A stretch of 64,000 nt of DNA, taken from positions 80,582 through 144,581 of the forward strand of contig CAVQLU010000007.1 of assembly GCA_963713435.1 (NCBI GenBank). The letters are read 5' to 3'. A program made the position numbers and the translations under genes. Positions 9,704 to 19,062 of this stretch are shown one piece after another. Numbering within the stretch: the stretch's first letter is position 1; every line of letters begins with the position of its first letter. Origin of the DNA: an uncultured Actinomycetes bacterium. Its GTDB lineage: Bacteria; Actinomycetota; Thermoleophilia; Gaiellales; JALYLC01. The notes beneath the pieces are model-generated. The model made no database searches. It was not told the origin of the DNA and worked only from the letters and a program-made list of their open reading frames with translations.

Positions 9704-9726
9704 CGCTGCGCCGCCCGGCGGCGTAC

Positions 9727-10737
9727 TCACTGCAGAAAGCTCGCGTCGCCGAAGCTGTAGAAGCGGTAGCGCTCGCGGATCGCCTCGGCGTAGATGCGGC
9801 GCGTCTCCTCGATGCCGCAGAACGCCATCACGAGTGCAAGCAGGGTGGAGCGCGGCAGGTGGAAGTTCGTGACGAGAGCTCCGACGGCCCGGAAGCGATA
9901 GCCGGGCGCGATCAGCAGCGACGTGCGTCCCTCGTCGGGGGCGGCCGGGTCGGCCACGGTCTCGACGACGCGCACCGAGGTCGTGCCGATGCAGACGACG
10001 CGGCGCCCCTGGGCCACGGCGTCCGCGATCGCCGCGCGCGCCGTGGGCTCGACGCGGTAGGCCTCGCTGTGCATCTCGTGTTCCTCGAGCGACTCGGCGG
10101 AGACGGGCCGGAAGGTGTCGAGGCCGACGCGGAGCTCGACCTCGACCACCTCGCAGCGGGCGCGCAGGCGATCCCACAGCTCCGGGGTGAAGTGCAGGCC
10201 CGCGGTGGGCGCCGCCGCGCTCCCCGGCAGACGCGCATAGACCGTCTGGTAGCGCTCGTCGGGCACGCCCGGATCGCGCACGTAGGGCGGCAGCGGCATG
10301 CGGCCCGCCTCTTCGAGCGCGCGCTGGAGGGCGGAGCCGCCGAGCGACGGCCGCACCAGCCAGCGCCCCTCGCCCAGGGCCTCCACGGGCTCGATCGCGA
10401 GCCCGCCCCTCTCGGCCGTCACGCTGACCCCGGGCCGCAGGCGGCGCGAGGGGCGCACGAGCGCCTCCCACAGCCCGTCCTCGCGCTCCTCGAGCAGCAG
10501 CACCTCGCCGGCCCCGCCGCTCGGCCTGCGGATCGCGATGCGCGCGCGCAGCACACGGCTGCTGTTGGCGACCACGAGGTCGTCGGGGGCGAGCAGGTCG
10601 ACGAGGTCGGCGAAGCGGCGGTGCTCGATCGCGCCGTCGCGGCGGTGCACGAGCAGGCGCGCGCCGTCCCTGTGCTCGGCGGGCCGCTGCGCGATCAGCT
10701 CCTCGGGCAGCGCGTAGTCGAGCTCGTCGATACGCAC
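9727..10737 (-). CDS. queA: S-adenosylmethionine:tRNA ribosyltransferase-isomerase
   Basis: A 336-aa ORF: 'MRIDELDYALPEELIAQRPAE', 'GSAAAPTAGLHFT', 'IGTTSVR', 'RFYSFGDA'. Confidence 0.9.
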   Translation of the reverse strand: MRIDELDYALPEELIAQRPAEHRDGARLLVHRRDGAIEHRRFADLVDLLAPDDLVVANSSRVLRARIAIRRPSGGAGEVLLLEEREDGLWEALVRPSRRLRPGVSVTAERGGLAIEPVEALGEGRWLVRPSLGGSALQRALEEAGRMPLPPYVRDPGVPDERYQTVYARLPGSAAAPTAGLHFTPELWDRLRARCEVVEVELRVGLDTFRPVSAESLEEHEMHSEAYRVEPTARAAIADAVAQGRRVVCIGTTSVRVVETVADPAAPDEGRTSLLIAPGYRFRAVGALVTNFHLPRSTLLALVMAFCGIEETRRIYAEAIRERYRFYSFGDASFLQ

Positions 10738-10763
10738 CCCGGGAGTCTCGCAGGCGCGCGCCG

Positions 10764-11321
10764 GTGATCGGCGCCGCGAGCGACGAGGAGCTCGCGCGCC
10801 GGGCCGCCGCCGGTGAGCGAGCGCCCTTCGAGGAGCTCGTGCGGCGGCACCGCTCGCGCGTGTTCGCGCTCGCGCTGCGCATCTGCCGCAACGCCGACGA
10901 TGCCGAGGACGCCCTGCAGGAGACGTTCATCGCCGCGCATCGGGCGCTCCCGCGCTTCGACGGCCGGGCGCGCGTCTCGACCTGGCTCTACCGCATCGCG
11001 ACCAACAAGTGCTACGACATCGTTGCCCGGCGCCGCCCGACCGCAGATGCCGCGGCGCTGCCCGAGGCGGCCGATCCCCACGATGCGTTCGCCCGCAGCA
11101 GGCAGAGCGAAGAGCTCACGCGCGCGCTCGACGGACTGCCGCTGCAGTTCCGCGAGGCAGCGCTCCTGTGCGACGTCTGCGGTCTCACGCCCGCCGAGGC
11201 GGGCGAGCTGGCGGGCGTGCCCGAAGGCACGATGAAGTCGCGCAGCTTTCGCGCCCGGGCGCTGCTCGCCGCAGCGCTGCGCGCAGGCGGCGCGGAACCG
11301 GCAGCGGGCGGCGGGGTCTAA
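10764..11321 (+). CDS. ECF (sigma-70 family) RNA polymerase sigma factor
   Basis: GTG start at 10764. Region 2 reads 'FEELVRRHRSRVFALALRICRNADDAEDALQETF' and 'STWLYRIATNKCYD'. Region 4 reads 'CDVCGLTPAEAGELAGVPEGTMKSR'. Confidence 0.8.
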   Translation: MIGAASDEELARRAAAGERAPFEELVRRHRSRVFALALRICRNADDAEDALQETFIAAHRALPRFDGRARVSTWLYRIATNKCYDIVARRRPTADAAALPEAADPHDAFARSRQSEELTRALDGLPLQFREAALLCDVCGLTPAEAGELAGVPEGTMKSRSFRARALLAAALRAGGAEPAAGGGV

Positions 11322-11326
11322 CGCAC

Positions 11327-11791
11327 GTGGACGACAGCGGATTCGAGGCCGGGGTGCCTGAGGCAGAGCTCGAGGCGGTGCGCCGCTCGCTGGCGGAGCT
11401 CGGCGCGCAGCCGCTGCCACCTGCCGTGGCCGAGCGTCTCGCTGCCCGCCTGGCCGCCGAGCTGGATGCCTCCCCCCTGGCCGCGCGCCGCGCGCACCGC
11501 GGCCGGGTGCGTCTCGGCGCCACGCTCTCGGCCGCGGCCGCAATCGCGGCGATCGCGGTCTTCGCTCTCAGCTGGGGCGGCGGCGGCCCGCGGCCCGCGG
11601 GCGCGCCGGAAGGTGCGCCGCAGAGCAGCGCCGCAGTCGCGGCGGCGGACTCGTCGGCGGCCAGGGTCGCGAGCACCGCTGCCAAGGCGCAGGCGCCGCG
11701 CAAGCCGTGCCCGCCGGCTAGCCGAACAGGCGGTGGTCGTCCCCGGGCGGCGTGTCCGGGTGCCCGAGGTGGGCACGCCCGAGCCGTGTGA
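11327..11791 (+). CDS. putative membrane anti-sigma factor
   Basis: GTG at 11327, six nt after the sigma stop. One TM helix ('[21 protein letters not shown]'). The tail overlaps convergent ruvB by 73 nt. In another frame a TAG at 11719-11721 would end the gene exactly at the ruvB stop, so a hidden frame break is possible. Confidence 0.4.
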   Translation: MDDSGFEAGVPEAELEAVRRSLAELGAQPLPPAVAERLAARLAAELDASPLAARRAHRGRVRLGATLSAAAAIAAIAVFALSWGGGGPRPAGAPEGAPQSSAAVAAADSSAARVASTAAKAQAPRKPCPPASRTGGGRPRAACPGARGGHARAV

Positions 11792-12752
11792 TCACGCGCC
11801 CGCGCGGCGTGCGCTGCAGCAGTCCCTTCTGCAGCAGATAGGGCTCGTAGACGTCCTCGATCGTGCCCCGGTCCTCGCCGATCGCATCCGCGAGGGTCGA
11901 GAGCCCCACCGGTCCCCCCTCGAACGTCTCGGCGATCATGCGCAGCAGCTCGCGGTCGAGCCGGTCGAGCCCCTCGGCGTCCACGCCCAGCAGATCGAGC
12001 GCCGCCACCGCCGTGGCGTGATCGATGGAGCCGTCGCCGCGCACCTGCGCGAAATCGCGCACGCGCCGCAGCAGCCGGTTGGCCAGCCGCGGTGTGCCGC
12101 GCGCCCGCTGCGCCAGCTCCTCGGCCGCGTCGTCCTGCATGACGATGCCGAGGATGCCCGCCGAGCGCTGGGCGATGCGCACGAGCTCCGCCGGCGAGTA
12201 GTGATCGAGCCGGAAGACGAGCCCGAACCGATCGCGCAACGGCTTCGTGAGCAGGCTGGCCCGCGTCGTGGCGCCGATCAGCGTGAACGGCGCGAGGTCG
12301 AGGCGCAGGCTGCGGGCGCCCGGGCCCTGGCCCATGATGATGTCGACGACGCCATCCTCCATGGCCGGGTAGAGCGTCTCCTCGACGGCCCGGTTGAGGC
12401 GGTGCACCTCGTCGATGAAGACGACGTCGCGGTCGCCCAGATCGGCCAGGATGGCCACCAGATCGCCCTTGCGGTCGAGTCCCGGGCCCGAGACCGTGAC
12501 GAGCCGGGTCTCCATCTCGCTCGCGACGATGTGCGCGAGCGTCGACTTGCCGAGTCCCGGCGGCCCGGCCAGCAAGACGTGATCGATCGGCTCGCCGCGC
12601 TCCTTGGCCGCCGCCAGCGCGATCGCGAGCTGCTCGCGCACGACCTCCTGGCCGACGAACTCGTCGAGCTGGCGCGGCCGCAGCGAGCGATCCGTCTCGT
12701 CCTCGTCGGCGCGCGCCGCCTCCGCCCCTACCAGCCGCTCTTCCTCGCTCAC
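11718..12752 (-). CDS. ruvB: Holliday junction branch migration DNA helicase RuvB
   Basis: A 344-aa ORF with Walker A 'GPPGLGKST', 'VFIDEVHRL' and 'IGATTR'. Confidence 0.92.
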   Translation of the reverse strand: MSEEERLVGAEAARADEDETDRSLRPRQLDEFVGQEVVREQLAIALAAAKERGEPIDHVLLAGPPGLGKSTLAHIVASEMETRLVTVSGPGLDRKGDLVAILADLGDRDVVFIDEVHRLNRAVEETLYPAMEDGVVDIIMGQGPGARSLRLDLAPFTLIGATTRASLLTKPLRDRFGLVFRLDHYSPAELVRIAQRSAGILGIVMQDDAAEELAQRARGTPRLANRLLRRVRDFAQVRGDGSIDHATAVAALDLLGVDAEGLDRLDRELLRMIAETFEGGPVGLSTLADAIGEDRGTIEDVYEPYLLQKGLLQRTPRGRVITRLGRAHLGHPDTPPGDDHRLFG

Positions 12753-13351
12753 GACGGGCCTCCGCGCCGCAGGGCGGCCAGGCCTTCCTTGACGCGCTGC
12801 TCGGTCGTGCCCTGGCTGCCGGCCAGCGCGGCCTCCGCCTCGGGCACGGCGAAGCCGAGCGCGACGAGCGCGTCGCGGGCGGCCAGATGCGGGTCGTCCG
12901 CGGCCGGGGCACCCGCGGAGCCGCCCGCCGAGACCGACTCCAGCGCGATGGCGCCGAGCTTGTCACGCAGCTCGACGACGATGCGCTCCGCCGTGCGCTT
13001 GCCGATGCCGGAGATCGATGCCAGCAGCGCCGTGTCCCCGGACGCGATGCCGCGCTGCAGGGTGTCGACGGGGTAGCCCGAGAGCAGCGCAAGCGACTTG
13101 GACGGGCCCAGGCCGGAAACGCCGAGCAGCGCGACGAAGAGCCAGCGCTCGCGCTGCGTCGCGAAGCCGTAGAGCGTGAGGGCGTCCTCGCGCACGACGA
13201 GATGCGTCTGCAGCTCTACCGCCTGCGGCGACTCGCGCGCGGCGCGCACCGCGGCCGAGGAGGCATGTACCCGCAGGCCCACGCCGCCCACGGCGACGAC
13301 CAGTCCGTCGGCATCCTCCTCGACGAGCCGCCCCGTGAGGCTGGCGATCAC
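12749..13351 (-). CDS. ruvA: Holliday junction DNA helicase RuvA
   Basis: GTG start at 13351 (overlaps the ruvC stop). '[11 protein letters not shown]', and the HhH region '[17 protein letters not shown]...[14 protein letters not shown]'. Confidence 0.88.
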   Translation of the reverse strand: MIASLTGRLVEEDADGLVVAVGGVGLRVHASSAAVRAARESPQAVELQTHLVVREDALTLYGFATQRERWLFVALLGVSGLGPSKSLALLSGYPVDTLQRGIASGDTALLASISGIGKRTAERIVVELRDKLGAIALESVSAGGSAGAPAADDPHLAARDALVALGFAVPEAEAALAGSQGTTEQRVKEGLAALRRGGPS

Positions 13352-13854
13352 CGCGCCGCCCGGGCGCGCGCGAAGCGCTCGCCGGCGCGGGCGCTCCAGG
13401 CGTGGCAGAGGGCCAGCGCCAGGGCGTCGGCGGCGTGGTCGCTCTCGGGCGGGGCCGGCAGGGAGAGCAGCTGCTTGATCATGCGCATGACCTGATCCTT
13501 GCCGGCGGCGCCGTTGCCGCAGACCGCCGTCTTGACCTGCGAGGGCGCATATTCGGTGCAGGCGATGCCGTGGGCGCCGCACACGGCGAGCGCAGCGCCG
13601 CGGGCCTGGCAGACCGACATGATCGTGCGCGGGTTGGCGCCGATGAAGAGGCTCTCCAGCACGACCGCGGCGGGCGCGTGCGTCGCGATCAGCTCCTGGA
13701 TGGCGCCCTGGATGGCCGCCAGGCGCTGCTCGACGGGCTCGCGCGGACCGGTGCGCACCGTGCCCTGCGCGAGCGCGGCGGCCTCGCGGCCGTCGAACGA
13801 GATCACGCCGTAGCCCGTGCTCGCGGTACCCGGGTCGATGCCGAGAACGATCAC
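13348..13854 (-). CDS. ruvC: crossover junction endodeoxyribonuclease RuvC
   Basis: A 168-aa ORF: 'MIVLGIDPGTASTGYGV', 'DHAADALALALCH'. Confidence 0.9.
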   Translation of the reverse strand: MIVLGIDPGTASTGYGVISFDGREAAALAQGTVRTGPREPVEQRLAAIQGAIQELIATHAPAAVVLESLFIGANPRTIMSVCQARGAALAVCGAHGIACTEYAPSQVKTAVCGNGAAGKDQVMRMIKQLLSLPAPPESDHAADALALALCHAWSARAGERFARARAAR

Positions 13855-13873
13855 GGAAGCAGGGTAGGCGCCG

Positions 13874-14650
13874 GTGCGGACGGCCGGAGCGCGGATCGCG
13901 ACGTTCCTGGAACGTCGAAGGCCGCTGATAGCATCGGCAGCCGTGCCCCAGCGCTCTGTCCGGACCGTCGCCGCGGTCTCGCGTCATCCGCGCCGCTTCC
14001 CGGACCCGATCACCGCAGTCGGCGAGCTCATCCGGGTTCTCGGCGAAGTGGATCCTTTTCTGACCATCGATCGCGAGGGTCGGTGGATCGACGCCTGCGC
14101 CGATGTCGCGCCGGATTTCCGGCCCAGCGGCTGGATCGAGCGGCGCGTGCTCCCCGCAGGCGAGTGGCGCGTCGGCAAGGCCGACGGCATGCGCGCCGAA
14201 CAGCTCGTGGAGCGCGCCGACGGCCGCCCTTCGTGGCTCGTGAGTATCGACGAGCTGCCCATCGGCGAGAACGAGGCCGAACCGGGCGGCGAGAGCTTCG
14301 GGCTGACCACGCTGATCGCGCGCGTGGCCGGTCTGCGCCGCATCGGCGTGAACCTCGACGTGGTGCACCCCGGGCAGCGCTCGGCGAAGTACCACTGGCA
14401 CCGCCACGAGGAAGAGGGTTTCCTCGTGCTCGCGGGCACCGGCTGGCTGTACGCCGGCGACGAGCGCTTCCGCGTCGGGCCGGGCGATTTCTTCGCCAAA
14501 CCCGACGGCCCGAAGCTCGCCCACCAGTTCGTCAACGACGGCGAGGCCGACCTGCGGATCCTCTCCATCGGGGAGCACCGCGAGGACGACTCGGTCGAAT
14601 ATCCCACGGCGCCGTGGGAACCCGGCGGCGACGAGCCGGTGGACGCGTAA
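13874..14650 (+). CDS. cupin domain protein (start uncertain)
   Basis: Cupin motifs 'HWHRHEEEGFLVLAGTG' and 'GDFFAKPDGPKLAHQFVN'. Codon bias supports coding from about 13990 onward. Alternative starts exist, e.g. ATG 14189. Confidence 0.6.
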   Translation: MRTAGARIATFLERRRPLIASAAVPQRSVRTVAAVSRHPRRFPDPITAVGELIRVLGEVDPFLTIDREGRWIDACADVAPDFRPSGWIERRVLPAGEWRVGKADGMRAEQLVERADGRPSWLVSIDELPIGENEAEPGGESFGLTTLIARVAGLRRIGVNLDVVHPGQRSAKYHWHRHEEEGFLVLAGTGWLYAGDERFRVGPGDFFAKPDGPKLAHQFVNDGEADLRILSIGEHREDDSVEYPTAPWEPGGDEPVDA

Positions 14651-14733
14651 CCCGCAACACAGCTCGTCTCGCGCCATCGCACGGGGCCCTTTATGCTCGC
14701 CGGACGGGGGACATCCGTGCAGAAGGAGCTCCG

Positions 14734-15139
14734 ATGGCATCGGTAGTCGAGATCGAAGGGGTCGGCAACACGCATGCGGCCAAGCTCACGGAGGCCGGCG
14801 TGCCGACGACCGAGGCGCTGCTGAGCGAAGGCGCGACGCCGGCCGGCCGCAAGGCGCTGGCCGAGCAAGAGCGGGATCAGCGAGGCGCTGATCCTGAAGT
14901 GGGTCAACCACGTCGACCTGGCCCGCATCAACGGCATCGCCGGTCAGTACGCGGAGCTGCTCGAGGCGGCGGGCGTCGACACGGTGCCCGAGCTCGCACA
15001 GCGCAACGCGGCCAACCTCACGGCCAAGATGATCGAAGTCAACGCCTCGCGCAATCTCGTCAATCGCGTGCCCGGCGAGTCGGAGGTCACGCGCTGGATC
15101 GCGGAGGCCGCCTCGCTCCCGCGCCACATTTCCTACTGA
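14734..15139 (+). pseudogene. DUF4332-like helix-hairpin-helix protein with one frame break near 14868
   Basis: ATG at 14734, preceded by GAAGGAG. 'MASVVEIEGVGNTHAAKLTEAGVPTTEALL...ALAEQ' then shifts to 'GISEALILKWVNHVDLARINGIAGQYAELLEAAGVDTVPELA...RHISY', ending at TGA 15137-15139. Confidence 0.6.
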
Positions 15140-15162
15140 CCGCCGAACCGAGGAGCACTCCC

Positions 15163-15396
15163 ATGGACTTTGGCAAGCTCGCCGATGAGATCAAGGAAGC
15201 GGTCGACGAACGCGGAGGCGTGGACAGCCTCAAAGAGGACGCCGAGGAGCTGAAGGACATCGCCACCGGCAAGGGCAGCGTCACCGACAAGGCGAAGGAC
15301 GCCGTCGAGGCGATCAAGGATCCGGGGCGAGAGCGGGCCCGGGAAGTAGGCACCCTCAGGCGTCCGCGAGCACCGCGTCGGGGATGTCGAAGTTGA
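15163..15396 (+). CDS. small acidic/Lys-rich protein resembling the Rv0909/MT0933-like 'antitoxin' family
   Basis: 'MDFGKLADEIKEAVDERGGVDSLKEDAEELKDIATGKGSVTDKAKDAVEAIKDPG'. As given, the tail overlaps yebC. One extra G in the G-run at 15324-15327 would give '...DPGGESGPGK' with a stop at 15347-15349. Confidence 0.4.
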   Translation: MDFGKLADEIKEAVDERGGVDSLKEDAEELKDIATGKGSVTDKAKDAVEAIKDPGRERAREVGTLRRPRAPRRGCRS

Positions 15397-16102
15397 AGTA
15401 GACGTCCTGCACGTCGTCGCTCTCCTCGAGCGCGTCGACGAGCCGAAGCAGCGTGCGCGCCTGCTCGGCATCCACCTCGACCTGCGTCTTCGGCAGCAGC
15501 GACAGGCCGGCGCTGTCCAGCGGGAGGCCGGCCTCCTCGAGCGCGCTCCGCAGCGCCGGGAAATCGTGCGGCTCCGAGGTGACGACCCACGTGTCGCCGT
15601 CCTGGCGCACGTCCTCCGCTCCGCCGTCGGCGGCGGCCAGCGTGATCGTGTCCTCGTCCGCCGCCTCGACCGGCACGGTGATGACGCCCTTGCGCTCGAA
15701 CATCCAGGCCACCGAGCCGGGGGTGCCCAGCGAGCCGCCGAACTTGCCGAAGGCGAAGCGCACGTCCGCCGCCGTGCGGTTGCGGTTGTCGGTCAGCGCC
15801 TCGACGATCAGCGCCGCCCCGCTCGCGCCGTAGCCCTCGTAGGTGACGGCGTCATAGGCCTCGCTGTTGGCGTCGGCGCCCGCTCCGCGCGCGATCGCGC
15901 GCTCGATGTTGTCCTTCGGCATCGAGACGGCGCGTGCGCGCTCGACGGCGTTCGCCAGTGCGATGTTCGCGTCGGGGTCGGGACCGCCCTCCTTGGCCGC
16001 CACGATGATGGCGCGCGAGAGCTTCGAGAAGAGCTTGCCGCGCTTGGCGTCGGCGGCGCCCTTCTTGTGCTTGATGGAGGACCATTTGGAGTGGCCGGAC
16101 AC
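15356..16102 (-). CDS. yebC: YebC/PmpR family DNA-binding transcriptional regulator
   Basis: A 248-aa ORF: 'MSGHSKWSSIKHKKGAADAKRGKLFSKL'. Confidence 0.9.
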   Translation of the reverse strand: MSGHSKWSSIKHKKGAADAKRGKLFSKLSRAIIVAAKEGGPDPDANIALANAVERARAVSMPKDNIERAIARGAGADANSEAYDAVTYEGYGASGAALIVEALTDNRNRTAADVRFAFGKFGGSLGTPGSVAWMFERKGVITVPVEAADEDTITLAAADGGAEDVRQDGDTWVVTSEPHDFPALRSALEEAGLPLDSAGLSLLPKTQVEVDAEQARTLLRLVDALEESDDVQDVYFNFDIPDAVLADA

Positions 16103-16110
16103 GCTTGACT

Positions 16111-16704
16111 CCTAGACCGCCGTTGCGGCGCCGGCCGTGCGCACGCGCTCGAGGAAGCGCTCGTGGATGCGCGTCTCACCGGCCAGTTCGGGATGGAAGG
16201 ACGTTGCGATCGCGCGGCCCTGCTCGACGGCCACGGGCTCCCCGTCGAGCTGCGCGAAGACGTGTGCGCCGGGCCCGCGCGCTCGATGCGCGGTGCCCGG
16301 ATGAAGACGCCGTGGAGCGGCTGCGGATCGCCCTCGAGCTCGATCTCGGCCTCGAACGAGTGCAGCTGCCGGCCGTAGCCGTTGCGCTGCACGACGATGT
16401 CGATGACGCCGAGCAGGAGCTGCCCGGGCAAGCCGTCGCTGGCCTCGCGCGCGAGCAGGATCATGCCCGCGCAGGTGCCGAGCAGCGGTCCCGGATACTC
16501 ACCCAGCGCGGCGTCGAGGCCCGATGACGCGAGCAGCTTGCCGATCGTCGTCGACTCCCCGCCGGGCAGGACGAGCCCCGCACAGCGCTCGAGCTCCTCC
16601 GGCGTGCGCACCTCGACCGCATCGGCGCCCAGAGCACGCAGCAGCGAGACGTGCTCGCGGAACGCGCCCTGCAGCGCGAGCACGCCGATGCGGGACGTGC
16701 TCAC
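16111..16704 (-). pseudogene. pdxT: pyridoxal 5'-phosphate synthase glutaminase subunit PdxT with one frame break near 16270 (C-run)
   Basis: 'IGVLALQGAFREH', 'LVLPGGESTT' and 'GTCAGMILLA' are in ORF 15808..16704. After 'IERAGP' the frame is lost. Shifting restores 'GAHVFAQLDGEPVAVEQGRAIATSFHPELAGETRIHERFLE' with TAG at 16111-16113. Confidence 0.8.
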
Positions 16705-17600
16705 CAGCCGCGCTTGGCCAGCCGCTCGTCGTCATCGAGCTTGTCGAGCCCGATGCCGACCATGGGCGCGCCGAGCCCCTCGGAGACCCGCGCGAGCAGC
16801 TTGGCGTCGCGGAAGTGCGTGACGGCCTCGACGATCGCCCGCGCGCGGGGCGCCGGATCGTCGCTCTTGAAGATGCCGGAGCCGACGAAGCAGCCGTCGG
16901 CGCCGAGCTGCATCATCATCGCCGCGTCCGCGGGGGTCGCGATGCCGCCGGCGGTGAACATGACGACGGGCAGGCGGCCGAGCTCCGCGGTCGCCTTGAC
17001 GAGCTCGTAGGGCGCGCGCAGATCCTTGGCACGTGCGTGCAGCTCTTCGGGCGCGAGCGCCGCGAGCTCGGCGATACCGCGGCGGATCGAGCGCATGTGG
17101 CGCACGGCCTCCACGACGTCGCCGGTTCCGGCCTCGCCCTTCGAGCGGATCATCGCCGCGCCCTCGGAGATGCGCCGGAGCGCCTCGCCGAGGTCGGTCG
17201 CGCCGCACACGAACGGGACCGTGAACTCCCACTTGTCGATGTGGTTGGCCTCGTCGGCGGGCGTCAGCACCTCGGACTCGTCGATGTAGTCGACCTCGAG
17301 CGCTTCCAGGATCTGCGCCTCGACGAAGTGGCCGATGCGGGCCTTCGCCATGACCGGCACCGTGACCTCGGCCTGGATCTCCCTGATCTTGCCGGGATCG
17401 GACATGCGCGCGACGCCGCCGTCGCGCCGGATGTCGGCCGGCACGCGCTCGAGCGCCATGACGGCGCACGCGCCCGCGTCCTCGGCGATACGCGCCTGCT
17501 CGGCGTTCGTGACGTCCATGATGACGCCGCCCTTGAGCATCTCGGCGAGACCGCTCTTGACGCGCATGGTGCCGTGCTCGGCCATGATCACTCCGCTCAT
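16701..17600 (-). CDS. pdxS: pyridoxal 5'-phosphate synthase lyase subunit PdxS
   Basis: An intact 299-aa ORF: '[21 protein letters not shown]', '[14 protein letters not shown]', '[13 protein letters not shown]'. Confidence 0.92.
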   Translation of the reverse strand: MSGVIMAEHGTMRVKSGLAEMLKGGVIMDVTNAEQARIAEDAGACAVMALERVPADIRRDGGVARMSDPGKIREIQAEVTVPVMAKARIGHFVEAQILEALEVDYIDESEVLTPADEANHIDKWEFTVPFVCGATDLGEALRRISEGAAMIRSKGEAGTGDVVEAVRHMRSIRRGIAELAALAPEELHARAKDLRAPYELVKATAELGRLPVVMFTAGGIATPADAAMMMQLGADGCFVGSGIFKSDDPAPRARAIVEAVTHFRDAKLLARVSEGLGAPMVGIGLDKLDDDERLAKRGW

Positions 17601-17634
17601 CTCGACTCTGCGAACCGGGCCTGCAGCAGGGATT

Positions 17635-18957
17635 CTACGTGGTCGTGCCGTCTGGCGGCTGCGCAGGGGCCGGCTTGGGCATGGGCTGCGGGCCGCCGGA
17701 TGACTGGGCGGCCGGCCGCGCCGTGGCGGGTGGAGCCGCCGGCGGGAGGATCTGAACGGGAGGCGGAGGCGCCGGCTGGACGGTCTTGGGCGCCGTCGTC
17801 GCCGCCGCAGCGGGCGGGCTCACATCGGTCGGCGCGGCGTGAGGATGTCGCGATGGCCGCGGCGTTCGGCGGTGGTCCGGGCACGACGCGGGGAGCCCGG
17901 CGCGGCCCGGTGCGCAGGTGGTGCAGCACGGGAGGTGCGGCCGACGGCGCCGCAGGCGACTGCCGCCCGCCGGCGGCCAGCGACGTGAGGGCGCCCGACC
18001 CCGCCGATGCGGTGGCGTGCGCCCCCGGGACGGCCGCGGGCGGCCGCAGGTGCGACGACGTGCCGTCATTCGACTCGCTCTGCCAGGCGGCGATGGTGAC
18101 TCCGGCTCCGACGACTGCGAGCGCGGCCATGGCGATCGCAGCTCCCGTCTGCCGCCCGCCCGGGCCGGCGACGCTGTCGGGCGAGGTCGCATCCCGGCGC
18201 AGCGAGGCCAGACCGACGGCGTCGAGGGCCGAGGCCATACGCGTGCCGAACTCGCCCGGAGGCAGCGGGACGGGCAGCGAGTGGTACCGCAGCTGCGCCT
18301 CGCGCAGGGCGAAGAGCGCCGCGCGGCAGTGGGCGCACTCCTCGACGTGCGCTTCGAGAGCCGGGCGCGCCTCGAGGGCCAGTGTTCCGTCGCTATAGGC
18401 CGAGAGCTCGGGCAGACGGGCATCGCAGGCGACGAAGGCCTGCGGCAGCTCGAGCTCGGCCCGTAGCCGAAGGCGCGCGCGCGCCACGAGTGCGGGCACG
18501 GTCGTCTCGCCGCAGCCGAGCGCGTCGGCGATCTCGTCGTCGGGACGGCCTTCGAGGTCGCGCAACGCGAGCGTCATGCGCTGCCGCGGCGCGATGCGCC
18601 GGCCGGCGGCGCCGACGTCGCGCACGGGCCCGGCGGGGCCCTCCAGCTCCGGCGGCCCGCCGTTGGCGCGGCGCTCGTAGGAGAGCGTGCGGGCGGTCGC
18701 ATACAGATGGCCCGCGACGTCCAGCTCGCCAGATCGCCTTCGGGCAGGTTGGCGAGAGCCCTCGTGAAGGTCGCCTCGACGAGTGCCGCGGCGCTCACCG
18801 AGTCGCCCGTCAGCCGGTGAGCGACACGGTAGAGACGCCCCTCGCAGGAGGCGTAGAGGAGCGTGAACGCCTTGCGGTCACCGCGCTGGACGCGGCGTAG
18901 GAGCGCGCGTTCGTCGCGCAGTTCGCGCTGGCGCGTCTTGTGCCGGGCGATCGCCAT
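17635..18957 (-). pseudogene. ECF sigma factor fused in-frame to a zinc-finger (ZAS-type) anti-sigma domain, a TM helix and a Pro-rich tail. At least two frame breaks (near 18730 and 17855).
   Basis: ATG at 18957. Sigma region 2 reads 'LLRRVQRGDRKAFTLLYASCEGRLYRVAHRLTG'. After a shift, 'ELDVAGHLYATARTLSYERR...' and region 4 'RQRMTLALRDLEGRPDDEIADALGCGETTV' run without a stop into 'CDARLPELSAYSDGTL...HVEECAHCRAAL' and the TM helix 'AAIAMAALAVVGAGVTIAAW'. The tail '[26 protein letters not shown]...' is in a third frame and ends at TAG 17635-17637. Confidence 0.6.
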
Positions 18958-19062
18958 CGCCCGCTGAAGGGTAGTTGAATCGCGCTTCGGGGGCGCGGAG
19001 GAGACTCCGCCAGACTGCGCGAGCTTCGCGACGCCTGCGGCGCGTGTCCGTAGTCTGCGCGG

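Noticed and set aside
15163-15396. A toxin-antitoxin module, suggested by the Rv0909/MT0933-like 'antitoxin' family resemblance
   Set aside because: No adjacent toxin-like ORF exists. The family's antitoxin role is itself only putative. I therefore treat it as a small protein of unknown function.
17597-17700. The tail of ORF 17597..18625, whose stop overlaps the pdxS start (ATGA), taken as the true C-terminus of the anti-sigma protein
   Set aside because: This tail has mixed third-position composition and Arg/His-rich sequence. The alternative frame ending at TAG 17635-17637 gives a Pro-rich tail with strong GC3, so the ATGA overlap is probably coincidental.
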